This document shows positions 39,480 to 52,420 of a stretch of DNA of 64,000 nucleotides, in pieces (positions within the stretch are counted from its first letter, which is position 1; every line of letters begins with the position of its first letter). A program made the position numbers and the translations under genes. The notes under the pieces were generated by a model. That model was not told where the DNA came from. It saw only the letters and a program-made list of their open reading frames with translations, and did not search any database. Source of the DNA: Hydrolagus colliei (Eukaryota); contig CM068742.1 in assembly GCA_035084275.1 (NCBI GenBank), positions 2,728,001 to 2,792,000 on the forward strand, read 5' to 3'.

Positions 39480-40190
39480 TAATCTTAATATTAAGATTCA
39501 CAGGTCAAGGCATATTAAATCCCCTCTCCTGCATCTTGGAATTATCACCTTTGGGATTCTCCCTTGATAACTTGCAGAGATTTCATCAGCTATTTTTGTT
39601 GTTCAATTTACAAATACATATTTTGTAAATTGCTTATTTGTACAAATGAGATGTCTATTCTTTGAGACCTCTCTTATTGGAAGAGTTATATATTCCCTTT
39701 AAGCACGTCAATACATCCAGTTTTGGTAAACATCTTTTCTTATCTGAAATTGTTGTTAGGATCTGCCTCTGATGCCGACCATGAACCTATTCTAGATTTG
39801 TTCATCATGAGCATTACATATTTTCAAAGCTCTGAAAACATGTACCGAATAATGATAAAGCTACCTACCACTTCATGTTGACCCTGTTTTCTTTGATTAA
39901 ATTTCGGTCTTTCATAGATTACACTTTGGTGTATCATGAAATATTCATCAAATTTTGCTTTGACTGGGTCAACTTTTACCTCAGATTGCTATGGATATTG
40001 TCAATCTATATATCAGCCACTTCATCTCTCATTGAGTAAACAAGGGTATTCACCTGTTCCACTCTGGAATGAAACTGAGGTGAATTGCCTGATGGAAATA
40101 TTTGCCCCTCATATTGTGGAAATCTGTCAAAATTGATTGAATGGATTCTGGAATAATCCTGGGCCTGGCATTCTGATCATCAGTCTCCAT
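39480..40190 (-). mobile_element. degraded CR1 relic
   Basis: AATCCTGGGCCTGGCATT (reverse complement of PGP), ATCCAGTTTTGG, ATCTGCC..TGATG remnants. Confidence 0.45.
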
Positions 40191-40194
40191 CTTT

Positions 40195-40397
40195 TCACTG
40201 AAACTCCCTTCCTCACTCCCTTCGTCTCTCCCTTTCTCTCGCTAGTTTCAGGTCTCAACTGAAGATCTTTCTCTTCGACCGCGCCTTCGGTCACCTTTCT
40301 CCCCCTGCCCCTGGCTCGCCCCCGGGATCCGCTATCGTGAAGCGCTCTGAGACGTCGTCCAGTGTGGAGGGCACAATGTAAATCGAAGTTGTTGTTC
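40195..40397 (+). mobile_element. L2 family B 3' end
   Basis: GAAGCGCTCTGAGACGTCGTCCAGTGTGGAGGGCAC..GTTGTTGTT. Confidence 0.88.
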
Positions 40398-40891
40398 TTG
40401 AGAACACGAACAGCAAATATGACAACAAGACTGTGTTCACATAGCACCCGTCTTGTAGGCTGGTGTGACAGAGATCTTAAACAACACAAAATGACATCAA
40501 CATATTCTTATGCAGCGTAGGCAATCACCATGATGGTTCAATGCAAAATAAAAATGGTAAATTTGACAGAGATTTTATTCTGCTAGTTAACTTACTTGCC
40601 ACAACTACCAATCTCTCTGGCCTCCTTGAAGATCCAGCCACTCTCTTCTGTCAGCATACACTGGCTTGTTTGATGTACCCTGCCCCATCCATCAGACCAT
40701 CAATTGAAGCAGGCTTTCAGCAATTCTGCCTCTTTCTCTGGAACTCAATCCCAAAGTCTCTCCAATTTACTCCTCATATATTTTGCACATCTACAAACTT
40801 TCCTTTTTGATCAAGCTTTCAGTCGTCTTTCCATTCCTTTGGTTTCATTCCTTATCTGGGACTTGAGACATTCTATAGCATTTCACTTAAA

Positions 40892-41216
40892 GTGGAGTTT
40901 CCTGTAGCTCAGTGGTTAGAGCATTCGCCTTACAAGCGTGAGACCAGTGTTCGAATCCAGGCAGATCAGGGCAAAACCATGGGCAAGTTTCCTTACTCCA
41001 CACACCGAATAATAATCCATCCAAAAATAAACACAATAATAAAAATTGGTCATTTCTATCCACGACTGTTTGCGGGACACTGCTGTGCGCAATTGGCTGC
41101 CACGTTTCACCCACAAATATACAGTCAATTCACTTTACAGTATATTCTGTGAAGCACTTTGAGAATGTTGATAAGATGTGAAAAGTGCTATATTAAATGC
41201 AAGGATTATTATTATT
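40892..41216 (+). mobile_element. full-length young tRNA-derived Deu-domain SINE
   Basis: box A TAGCTCAGTGG 40905-40915, box B GTTCGAATCC 40949-40958, GCTGTGCGCAATTGGCTGCC, L2-like tail, (TTA)n. Confidence 0.93.
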
Positions 41217-42562
41217 GTAACACTATTATAATATGCAGTCACTGTAGGCAAATGTTGTAAACTGAAAATGGAAAAAGTGTGACATTCCCTCTCTCCTCGA
41301 GCAAAGTTGGACCAAAGTTGATGCAAAGATTTTAGTGCCACCGTTGTTTTGTGTTTGATATGGTACCAGCCATCCCAGTCTTAAGGCTGAGACCATGAGA
41401 AATTTCAGGTTTCTTCTCTTCCCCGACAATTAACAAGTTTCTGCTTTTTGGTCAATACGGCAGCTTATCTTTTAGTCTACCAGAGATGTAAGGCAATGTC
41501 ATTCCAAGGGAGATTTCATCTTGGAACATGACTGGATTGATTTAATCTCTGGATAATGTCTGAATCATTCAACTTCTAGATCGTGCCAATCAAGGCATTA
41601 ATATTCCTGTTGAGAACGGCCATTATATAGCCAAACCTTATTGGTTCATTGTTCTTCAGGGCATCAATAAAAGTACAGGTGTTACCCAAGATGCAAAATT
41701 GCTCCGTTGCTGAGTAATTTCAGATTATCTGGAGAGTTGTTTTTCTGTGTTAGATTAAAGCAGGCATTACCTTCAGCTAAAGAACAACTAAATACATCTC
41801 ACCATCAATGGCTGCCAGCCAGATTTCAGCATCAGCATGTGGTCCGTTATTTTATTATGCAGACAATCCTATGGTAGCAATCACAGCTTTTGATAGGGGG
41901 AACAGTTGGGGCAGATAAGTGAAATCTCTTAATGGTATATGCCAAATGAACAAGAATGGTATTGTTGGCACATTGGCACATATTGTTGCCCAGAGGACTC
42001 TCCTTGAGTACTTTCCCCAAAGCAAGTTGAAGGGACTTAACTCTAAATCCTGCTACAGGGGGTTGTGAAATCATGTTTGGAATCTACTTTGCCCCCTACA
42101 AATCATGCCAAACGGTGTTATAGACATTTATAATTATAGCCTTGTTTTTCACCTTATTCGGTAAGATTACTTTGCAGATATCAAGTGGTAGGATTGTTGC
42201 AAGATGCAAGTGCCACTGAGGCACGATGGGATGACCACGAATGCCTCAAATATCTATCTATTACAACGTCAATTTAAATTTAATTTATTTGAATAATCAA
42301 TTTATGATTGACGAACATAAACAAATTCCAGTTGCCAGCAGACGTAAACTGGCAACTGGGTCATTTCACCACTCAACAACTCTGATACAAGATTTATGTC
42401 TGAGTACTGGTGAGATTTAAAACTTTTTTTTTCTTTAACGCTCTCCTGCCACTGACACATAGCTCTATAGTAAACATGAATCTACTGCAGTTGTTGAAAA
42501 TCTGAAACAAAAACAGAAGTCTCTGGGAACACTCAGCAGATCAGGCAGCATCTATGGAAGTG

Positions 42563-42599
42563 AGTCAACATTACGGGTCCACGACCCTTCGTCAGAATT
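42563..42599 (-). ncRNA. degenerate minimal type I hammerhead ribozyme
   Basis: reverse complement AATT-CTGACGA-A-GGGTC-GTG-GACCC-GTAATGTT-GACT; GAAA box mutated to GTAA. Confidence 0.65.
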
Positions 42600-42760
42600 G
42601 GGGCATATTGGAAGGGAGAGGCTTTTAAAGGACTACCAGATGCAGGTCAAGGAAGACAAATGAGAAAATGGGGTAGAGGAAAGGGTATGATCGGTTAAAG
42701 AGGTGATAATGGTTTTGTCTTCCTTACCTTGCCTCCCCACTCTCAGTTATTCCTTAATTT

Positions 42761-43059
42761 TAATAACAATTGCATTTGATATAGTGCTTTTCACATCTTC
42801 TAGATGTCTCAAAGTGCTTCACAAAATATACCATAAAGTGAACTGACGGTATATTTTTGTGAGCCAAACGCAGCAGCCAATTGCGTACAGCAGGGTCCCA
42901 CTAACTGTCGTGGATTGAAATTACCAATTTTTTTAAAAAAAAATTCTTGAGGGATTATTATCAGGTATGTGGAATAACGGAAGCTTGCCCAAGGTTCCAC
43001 CCTCTCTAGAATTGAACCCTCGCTTGCAAGGCTCTAATCATTGAGGTGCAGGACTCTAC
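42761..43059 (-). mobile_element. young SINE inserted in the fold-back element
   Basis: tail at 42761, head at 43059. Confidence 0.85.
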
Positions 43060-43087
43060 AGAAAGCCTCTCTCTCCCAACATGTCTC

Positions 43088-43124
43088 AGTTCTGATGAAG
43101 GGTTGTGGACCCAAAAGGAAGACT
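43088..43124 (+). ncRNA. degenerate minimal type I hammerhead ribozyme
   Basis: AGTT-CTGATGA-A-GGGTT-GTG-GACCC-AAAAGGAA-GACT; GAAA box mutated. Confidence 0.6.
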
Positions 43125-43512
43125 CACTTTCCTTTCTCCATAGATGCTGCCTGATTTGCTAAGTTTTCACAGCGATTTCTGTTTAGTTGCAACTCTATGC
43201 TGTTGGTCTTGTCCCTCTTGCTGGGAAGAAATTTGCCCACAAATATACAGTCAGCTTTCCTGCTCTCCTTCCCCCTACCCCGACCCCTCCCCTTGCCATC
43301 TTTCCCCCTTTTTTCCCCTAATCCCACTTCCATAACTGTTTGTGGGATAATGCTGTGCGCAATTTGGCTGCCACGTTTCGCCCACAAATATAGTCAATTT
43401 TCCTACTCTTCTTCATCCTGCCCCGACCCCTCCACCCCTGCTCTTGTCCTTATCTAACTACACAGAGCCTTGGGATGTCCTCTCGACGTGTAAAGCGTTA
43501 TATAAATATAAG

Positions 43513-43515
<3 letters not shown>

Positions 43516-43548
<33 letters not shown>
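43516..43548 (+). repeat. (GATT)n microsatellite expanded from an L2-like tail
   Basis: follows GACGTGTAAAGCGTTATATAAAT. Confidence 0.9.
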
Positions 43549-43619
43549 ATGCACTGACTACTGCTTCTTCACCAATTCCTCATTGATGCCCTTGTCTCAC
43601 ATCCATTGCCACCGAAACC

Positions 43620-44578
43620 CTTATCCACATGTATGCAGATGACATCCAACTCTATCTCTCTGCTTCTACCCTCAATTCCAGGACCACTACTGTCCTGGCA
43701 GACTGCCTATCAGACATCAAGTCCTGGATGAGAGCTTACTTTCTGCAATTGAATGTCAACAAGACCGAGGATCTCCTGATTGGCTCACACCAGCAGCATC
43801 AACCTCCATGGATGTACCATCCAACTCACCAAGCTAGTCAGGAACCTAGGTGTCCTATTCGATCCTCAACTGTTTTTATTCCCTCACAACCAAGCCATGA
43901 CCTCATCTCAGCAACATTGCCCAACTCTGCCACTACTTCACCCCTCAGGCCACTGAAACTCTCATTCGTGCCTTCATCACATCCAGGCTTGACTACGCCA
44001 ATGCCCTGCTTGTCAGTCTTCCCAATTCTCCCTCGATAGACAGCGGATCATCCAGAACTCTGCGGCCTGTGTCCTCTACCACTCCAAGTGCTATGACCCA
44101 ATCACCCCACTTTTGCTCAACACCATTGGCTCACCATCACCCAGAGGATTCAATTAAAAATTCTGATCCTCCCCTTCAAAGCACTCCTCCATGGCTTCAC
44201 CCCACCCTACGTTTGCAACCTCCTACCCTGCTACTAACGTGCCCACTCCCTTTGTTCAGTGGGCTCCAGCCTGCTCCATATTCCCCAAACCCCCCCACCA
44301 CCCCCACCATTGGCGGGCGAGCCTTCAGCTATTCTGCCCATGCCTCTGGAATTCCATCCTAAGCCCCTCCGCCTTGCCCCCAACTCCCCTGCTCCGCTAG
44401 GCTCCTTCAAGTCCCACCTCAAAACCCTCCTCTTCAATGGTGCCATTGGTCACCCCAAATCCCCCCCTTTCCCTCCAACCTCCCCAAACCCAGCTCAGGT
44501 CTGAAACAATGAATGTCCGGCATCCTCCTGACGTGAAAGGCACAAAACAAGTATAATTTTGTTGTTGTTGTTGTTGTT
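43620..44578 (+). mobile_element. L2 (YADD to 3' tail), family C, degraded
   Basis: [29 protein letters not shown]; FKSHLKTLLF; (TTG)n tail. Confidence 0.9.
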
Positions 44579-45654
44579 AAGTAGTAACTTTATCCTGTGC
44601 CCGTATCACATAACTTTTCTCTCTTTGCTTTATCTCCATTCTCATTTGTTTAAATTAATCTGGGCTGAGTAGTGGAAGTGGGGCGTCCTGGCTCATGACA
44701 TATTTATACTGTGGGATAGCTCGAAGAAACAAGAGGCATTATAAAAAGATAACATGCAAGCTCCTACAAATCCTGCCCTGGCATGAATCGTTCATCTTCC
44801 TGCCCAACGTTTGCCTCCACCCTCGTACACATACAAACAGTGCTTCTCTGCTACAAGTAATTAAAATGAAAATATATCAAGCAATAAAAGCTATCTGTGC
44901 AACTGAATACAGATGTGTATTCCACTTTTTTGGTACGTTTTATTTCCCTTCTAATTTAACGCAGCGGTGCAGGATTGCACTGAAGTGAGGGAGAAAAGGA
45001 TAGGTGGCAGAAGCGAGGACAGAGAAGAATACTAATAATGCTTGCGTTTGATACAAAAAACAACAGCAAAATTACATTTGTATAGCGCCTTTCATGTCGG
45101 GAGGAGGTCTCAAGGCGTTAATATAACAACTGTATCAAATATTTGTGGGGTCCCAAAGTGGTTGAGAGAATTCACTCCAAATTCTAACAAATCTATTTTG
45201 TGGGCGAATACATCAGACAATTTACACAAAACAACATCCCACAAACGTTCAGGAAGTGAATGCCCAATTCTATCTGGGGATTGGTCACCAGGAGAAACTC
45301 CTGTTCTTTTTGAATAATGCAATGGGATCTAAAGTTGGTTTAAGGGCTGATACAGTTAAAATATTTACAGTGTATCCTGTGACACGCTTTGAGACCCACA
45401 TGCTGCAATGAAAGGAACCGGAGCAAATGTAAGGATTGTTATTAATCTTATTAAAAAGGAATCCAATTCATAAAAAATAAGGATTTCTGTCTAGATACCA
45501 TCAGATGTGTGAGAACTCAACTCCAGAACGGTCTAATTTTAAAGTAACCACAGGCTGATGGAATTAAGAAATATAGCACCACAAATTGAACCTCATAGCG
45601 GTGGAAAAATGTGACAAAACCTCCCCAATAAATTCATCAATTAATCTGATTCAT

Positions 45655-46535
45655 AATTCATTAGGAAAAGTAGTAAATAGTGAGGAAGATAGCAGCCAAC
45701 TGCAAGAGAATATAGGCAAATGGTAAAATGGGCAGTCACATGGCAGATTAAGTTTAATGTGGAGAAATGTGATGTGAGGTGATGTATTTTGGGAGGAAGA
45801 ATGAGGAGAGGCAACATTGGCTAGATAGTACCATGTTAAGGGGGCTGAAGGAACAGAGAGGCCTGAAGATTCATGTAAGTAAATCTTTGAAGGTGGCAGG
45901 AGAGGTAGATAAGGCTATTAAAACAAAGCATACGGGATACTTGGCTTTATAAATATGGGTAAAGAGAACAAAAGTCAGGAAGTTACAAATTAACCAATAT
46001 AAAATGCTGGATAGCCTCAGCTAGAGTACTGTGTTCAGTTCTGGGCACTACACTTTAGGAAGGATGTCAACGCATTGGAAAGGGTGCAAAGGAAAGTTAC
46101 CAGGATGGTATCAGTTATGAGGAAAGGCTGGAGAGGCTAGGACTATTCCCATAGGAGCAGAGATTGTTACGAGGAGACCTAATAGAGGTTTCCAAAATTA
46201 TGAGGGGAAATCCTGTTTCTATTGGTGGGTGTGTCAGTGAGCCGAGGTCACAGATTTCAAATAGTTTCTAAAACAAAAGGAGAGGAAAGGTGAGGAGAAA
46301 TTTTTTCATGCAGCGAGTTGTTCGAATCTGGAATGCATTGCCTGATAGGATGGTGGAGGCCGATTCGATAAAAGAGAGGTGGATGGTTATTTCAGGAGGA
46401 CACATTTGCAGGGTTATGTAGAGAGAGCAATGGAACGGGATTGACTTTGAATAGCTCTTTTCAAAGAGCCGGCACAGTCACGATGGGCCAAATGGCCTCC
46501 TTTTGTGTCGTAAACATCTATGATTCTATTATCTA
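45655..46535 (+). mobile_element. CR1 family 2 3' portion, degraded
   Basis: colinear with the reverse complement of 18571-19490; GATGGGCCAAATGGCCTCCTTTTGTG and CTATGATTCTAT tail. Confidence 0.9.
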
Positions 46536-47559
46536 TTTTTCAATTCATTTATTTCTCAAAAGGCTATCAGCTAATTCTTAACATTTGTCAAGGCAATCTG
46601 CCTCCATTGCCTTCAACCAATTCCACGTATTCATTACTCTGTACAGTAAGGTGTACCTGATGCAGCAGCATTCAATTCACAAACTGAAAAATTGGTTTTA
46701 AAATACCAAACACTGTCCTCTTTGGATATGAGAGACACAATTGAAACTGATATTGGCTAGATTGCGTTGGAATAGAAGAGCTTTGCTATGAATAGCAAAC
46801 ATTTAGATTTTTATACAAGATCCACAGAAATTAAAAAAAACTTCCAAAATATTTTCCATTTTGATGACTTGGTGACTTTCATAATCATATTTAAAATAAA
46901 ACTAACCCCGTGGAGAAAATATGTAATTCTGAGGTATTGTTATTATATTCAATGTTCTCAGCGTTCAATTTACAGGCAAACTTAAAGCTTTGTTGGTCCT
47001 CGTTGCTAATACTGTACTACAGTTGTTATTTAAATTAATCCGAAAGAAGATTATTATTGTTTAGCAAAACACAGCTGGAGCATTTCTGAGGAACAAAAGG
47101 GCTCCTGAGAATAGCAAATATGCAAGAAACCTAAATTGTATTAATGAATAGCCAAATACAGCACTAGATTTGCCTCACTAGGCACTTTCTGCTCAAACTA
47201 TTTCACTTGTTACGTATATAATATGAATGAAATAACTCCTCAAAGTTGACAACAATTTCAACAGGGCAGAAAACCATGCATTGATAAAAGCTCTGTGATC
47301 ACTGCAGTTACATCAAGGCATTTAAACCTGACCTACAGTCCGCACTCTCGTCACCCCTGCATGCATAATACTAATTCTGGTCAGAAACAAAAGATCAGCT
47401 TTTTTAGGCCAAAGCTTAGCTCCTCATGGTTGTGAACAAACAAAATGGGCAATTGCATTCCAGACATCAAGATATTCTCTGTTTCCGATGGATGCTCTTA
47501 GATGTGATAGACTAAACTCCGAGCTATGACAGATACTGCATATGCTGAAACTAAGATCC

Positions 47560-47938
47560 ATATCTTGCTCCGGCCTGGTCCATGTCCTCCGCCCCATTAT
47601 CTGTAGGCGAGCCTTCAGCCACTCTGCCCCTAACCTCTAGAATTCCATCCCGCAGTCCCTCCGCCTCGTCCCCTCCCTAGCCTCCTTCAAGTCCCGCCTC
47701 AAGAATCTCCTCTTCAATGGTCCCTGAAGCGGTATCTGTCCAGCATCTTGGGACGTCCTCCTGATGTGAAAGGCACTATATACAAATGTAATTTTGTTGT
47801 TGTTGTTGTTGTCCCATTGGTCACCCCAAATCCTCTCCTTTGCCTAACCGTCCTCAGCTCGGGTCTGAAACACTGACTGTCCAGCGCCTTGGGACGTTCT
47901 ACTGATGTGAAACACAAGTATAATTTTCTTGTTGTTGA
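47560..47938 (+). mobile_element. L2 family C 3' end containing a nested 86-bp L2 tail
   Basis: insert 47725-47810 flanked by GTCCC duplication (47720-47724, 47811-47815). Confidence 0.85.
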
Positions 47939-48669
47939 TGAGAACTACAAGCTCCTGGCAGACATAATAGTCTGATGGGTTCACTAGGTCTGAGGCAATG
48001 CAATAAACTAAAGGATTTTTTAAAACTCACCACGGATACTGATGCTAGAATTGACACTGAAGTATAAGCGAGATCTGAAATTGTGGGGTCATTTGTACAA
48101 CTGATTTAAGAGTGGAAATGTGTACTGCATTTTGAATTTTGAACTTTGAACTGAATTTGACCTCTTCTTCTAAGTTTGGCAGAAGAAAACAAATCTGGAT
48201 AAATTCTGAACAACTTGGATTAGAAGGAGTTTATCCATTTAAGTAAACCAATTTACTTTGGCCATAATTACTACATTTTCTTCTCCTGATAGCTGTAAAT
48301 CCATTGATCACTCATGCTCGTAGCAAGTCAAACATGTTGCTTTCTGTTTAAGTGTATGCCTTCTTTGCATTCTTAGTCTAGACCTCCCTTTTCCAATATA
48401 GATGAGATGCACAATCTTGTACTGTGTGTGAATCCATTAAATTTTTAATGAAATGCGTTCAGACGAACTGCGGTCAGTGTTCAACGTTCTTGAAGTAGGT
48501 AAAATAGCATAATCTCTCATTGTTAGCAGTAACAAGGAAGTCAAGGCACCATTAGGTGATACCAAACTACAGCCCATTCTAACAGTTTTGATCAGCTGTT
48601 AGAAACACCAAAACAGTCATACAATGGAAACTTGAGAGACTAGCAGTATCTGTACTGAATACATCCATT

Positions 48670-48892
48670 ACACACCTAATAATAATCCGTCCCAAAAAAA
48701 ACACAATAATAAAATTGGTCATTTCAATCCATGACTGTTTGTGGGACACTGCTGTGCTCAATTGGCTGTCGTGTTTCGCCCACAAATATACAGTCAATTC
48801 ACTTCACAGTATATTCTGTGAAGCACTTTGAGACGTCGATAAGATGTGAAAAGCGCTATATCAAATGCAAGGATTATTATAATTATTATTAT
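48670..48892 (+). mobile_element. young SINE, 5'-truncated
   Basis: Deu-like block and tail GAGACGTCGATAAGATGTGAAAAGCGC..(TTA)n. Confidence 0.9.
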
Positions 48893-49622
48893 TGGAGCAT
48901 GCAGGAACACAACCAAACCATCCAGATGAAAACACTTCCCCTTTATTGCTTCAACCTGTACTCAGGTTATCTGGAGTTCAACAGATCCTTGAAATACTTA
49001 GTGTTAAACAGAACCAAACAGACAAAATACAAAAGAGCTTGGTCAGATCAGACAAGAGCAGCGCTCAGTTCAAACATGAAAAAGTGCCACTGCTCACTCG
49101 GTACTCTTTAGATCTCATGTTTTTTTTATCCTTAGGTGGTTCTGCATAATACTTCCTCACACAAAATAAAATGCTTCATTAGATGTACAGTGTGAATCTA
49201 TAATGGACTTCCCACAGTCAAAACAGCAAAGAATATTTTAACATTTTCCCCTGTGCCATCATTCTTTCCTGCTTTGTGAAAAAAATAAGTATTTTAAACC
49301 ACAGAGCAAACGCAGCATTTACAACTGTCTGACCAAAACAGAAGAAAACAAGAATTAAAGTACCTCTGGGTGTCCCTGCAGTTTTCCTGCAACAGAAATG
49401 CATTTGGTACTAGTGGGAAAAGATTCTGTAACTGAAATAGCGTGTTTGAAGATCTTCAATGTACCAAGCTGCGCACATGAGTGGGTCTTCTGAGAATATA
49501 CTTTGAAATTGAACACACTTTCAGTAAGTTGGCAATATTAAGTGTTTACTCTATTAAATTTCTTGTCTATTCACTTTCCAATATGGTAACAAAGCAAATA
49601 GGGCAGTAAACACTGGGAAATA

Positions 49623-50008
49623 TAGTAAAACCTTGTTTATCTGGCACCCAATTAACTGGCATACTCAACCAACCGGTATCTCCAAATTGTATTGGGAGAT
49701 CCGGGACATTTGCAATATGCTCACTTTGCGCATGTGTGTGGCGCATGCGCACTTATTAAACTTACCGAATGCTGGAATGTTTTTTTCCCAATCATTTTAC
49801 TGAGTGTGATGGAATGCTTTATTGGTAAGTATCCATACAATATTCTGTTATTATTTAGTCTATTATTAATATGGTATGTTTTTAAAATCAGTACATTTTT
49901 TGTGTAGGATTTTCGGCAACTTGCCGATCGAATATCCGGCATATTTGATTAACCGGCACCCTCGGGACCCCGCCGGTGCCGGTTAATCAAATAACGAAGG
50001 TTTTACTG
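49623..50008. mobile_element. Tc1/mariner (Tigger/pogo-like) MITE
   Basis: TA-TAGTAAAACCT ... AGGTTTTACTG-TA termini with TA duplication; subterminal (T/C)AAC(C/T)GG repeats at both ends. Confidence 0.85.
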
Positions 50009-50009
50009 T

Positions 50010-50080
50010 AAGACCATAAGACCATAAGAATTAGGAGCAGGAGTAGGCCCTTCGACCCTTCGAGCCTGCCCGCCATTAAA
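50010..50080 (-). mobile_element. CR1 family 1 tail-only insertion
   Basis: AAGACCATAAGACCATAAGAATTAGGAGCAGGAGTAGGCC. Confidence 0.85.
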
Positions 50081-51047
50081 TGTACTACATTAATTGTGTC
50101 TGTCCTTGAAGGTGCGATGGTGGGTGAGGGGAGGGAGGAAGAAAGTGGGGTGTCCTTGAACCTGAATTAGCTCCAAGAATATATCAGAATCGTCTGTCAT
50201 GGTATTGGTGTTCAGGTTCCTGATCTAGGCAGGTCTGCAGTACCCCAGGGTATTGCTCATTAGAGCACTGCTAACCTGGCTCATTGACAGGTTTTGGAGA
50301 GGCAGACCAATCACTGGGGTCATGAATTTCTCCTACTCACCTCCTGTTAACCCTGTAAGCCAAAGCCATAACAGGATAGGGTGATCCTACCTGGATAGGC
50401 AATAGGAAGTTTGCCAAATAAATGTGTCTGTATTTGGTGAGGTCCAATTTAAATGTATGTGCAAAGAGTTGCCTGAAAGAATATCAGAAGATAGATTACA
50501 TATTAATATTTTCCAGAAATATATAAGAGATTCTGTGAAATGCTTCTTAAGATAACACGCCATACATGACATCAGCAAAGATGGTTACAAAGATTAGCAA
50601 ACGAACAGTTCTCAAGTTAGTTCCATTGATATAAATTTCCCAGACTTTGAGTTCAAAGACAAAGCTGATACTCCAATACAATGTTCCATTGTGAGAGATG
50701 TCAGAGTGGTAAACTCAAAATCCCAACAGGGGGCTGAATCCCAGATACTTCTGCTTTGAAGGCAAAGTGCCTACCAGCTGAGCCAGGCTGACACAAACGG
50801 CTTTAGCTATAAGGTAATGGTTTTGTGTTTCTTTACAACAACATACGCTTTTGGATTATATTTTCAATTCCCTAGACACCAAAATTATGGCAACATTCAT
50901 CATATATATAACAAACAAAGCAAAGTAATTGTAATTTGAGAGAAAAAAACAACACACTCTTAATCCACACTAAATAAAGAAGTGTTCAGGATAGATGCAC
51001 TGGAAGTCTACCTACTGTTTTCGTGGGTCTCTAGAAAGTTTCACATG

Positions 51048-51228
51048 TAATAATAATCCTTGCATTTTATATAGCGCTTTTCACATCTTATCGACATCTC
51101 AAAGCGCTTCACAGAATATACTGCAAAGTGAATTGACTGTGTATTTGTGGGTGAAATGCGGCAGCCAATTGTGCACGGCAGTGTCCCAAAAAGAGTCATG
51201 GATTGAAATTACCAATTTTATTATTGTA
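51048..51228 (-). mobile_element. young SINE 3' half
   Basis: tail plus GCAGCCAATTGTGCAC. Confidence 0.88.
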
Positions 51229-52059
51229 ATCGGATGTTATCGGTTCAAAGGGTAAGAGGGGATTCACAAAGCGTTGAATGGTTAAGAAGTCCCATGTTAT
51301 TTATGTCATAAAATTGCATCAACAGTAAATGAAAGGACTCTTGATTTTGTTCAATTTCGGTTATTTTACGAATAAATAATGTACTAACTTTGTAACTTGG
51401 CAGTCAAAAGCAATTTAAAAATACTGCAATTTGCTTTTATATCTCATCCATGTGTGATATATAGGATGTTCAACAGGCTGTAAATCTTTGTTCCCTGTGC
51501 TAGTGAATATGATTAGTGACCGTTCTCAGCAATAACTCTCATGATAGCAGCAGGGTTTCATATTAATCAACCATAACCTTTTTTTTCTTCTTAAGCAGGA
51601 AACTTTTTTTTTCTTTCTTACAGTGAAACAACTGCTCAGAATTATTTCTGCTTAATTTATCATGCACTTTGAGGCAAGGCTTGATTAATGTTTCATACTT
51701 TTAAAGAGACCTGATTCACAATTTTTGTTGGTCTAAAAAGGCAGTGTTTTGGATCAAATTTCATTAACATGGAGTGCAAAGGGTGTTAATATTTCATGCT
51801 CAATTATGTCAGCCAGGGTACATCAGCTGCCAAGTTGCATTCAGCAGATTTGCCTTCACTCAACAAAAAAAATCTAATCTTCTTGACTTGCTCTTGTAGT
51901 AATCCCAGCGTTGTGGAAATGCTGAATTTTCTGGTAACTGAATCTTGTGTGTGATAAATCTTGCAATTTGTACACCAATTTTCAAAATGCCCATTGGAGT
52001 TGCATTTTAAAGGATTGTTACTCTCCTAAAAAAGCACAGAATCATTTTGGATCCATAGG

Positions 52060-52420
52060 TGTCAACAGGACATCTAACCTCTGAGTCAGAATATTATAGA
52101 TTCAAGACCCACATCAGGCCTTTTAACTCATATAGTCTAAATTGGCATTCCAATGCTGTATTGTCAGAGGTGCCATCCTGAGAATGAGATGTTAAACACA
52201 TCTTCCTGTTCAGATAGACATTAAGGATCCCATGGCATGATTCAAAGAGTTTCCTAGTTAACAATGCAAGGCTGTTTGTGGGTCATTGCTGTGTGGAAAT
52301 TGTCTGTGCGTTCATCCACAAAAACAAACTGCATGAGTTTAAAACAAATCCTGTGAAGTACTTAATACATCGTCCTGACTTGAATGGCGCTGTAACAAAT
52401 GTAAGGAATATTATTATATC
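52060..52420 (+). mobile_element. old DeuSINE relic
   Basis: CTGAGTCAGAA..GATTCAAGACCCAC..GGATCCCATGGCA..GCTGTGTGGAAATTG..tail. Confidence 0.7.

Larger units (their letters stand above)
42485..43190. mobile_element. Penelope-like fold-back element with inverted terminal repeats (SINE inserted inside)
   Basis: ~42510-42626 is the reverse complement of ~43061-43183; both arms carry CTGANGAAGGGT..GACCC and AGATGCTGCCTGA..TGCT, typical of fish/shark Penelope ends. Confidence 0.75.

Noticed and set aside
40892-40965. tRNA-like sequences with A and B boxes (also ~13690-13759, ~32267, ~39110-39182)
   Set aside because: They are SINE heads contiguous with SINE bodies and lack a proper acceptor stem; not tRNA genes
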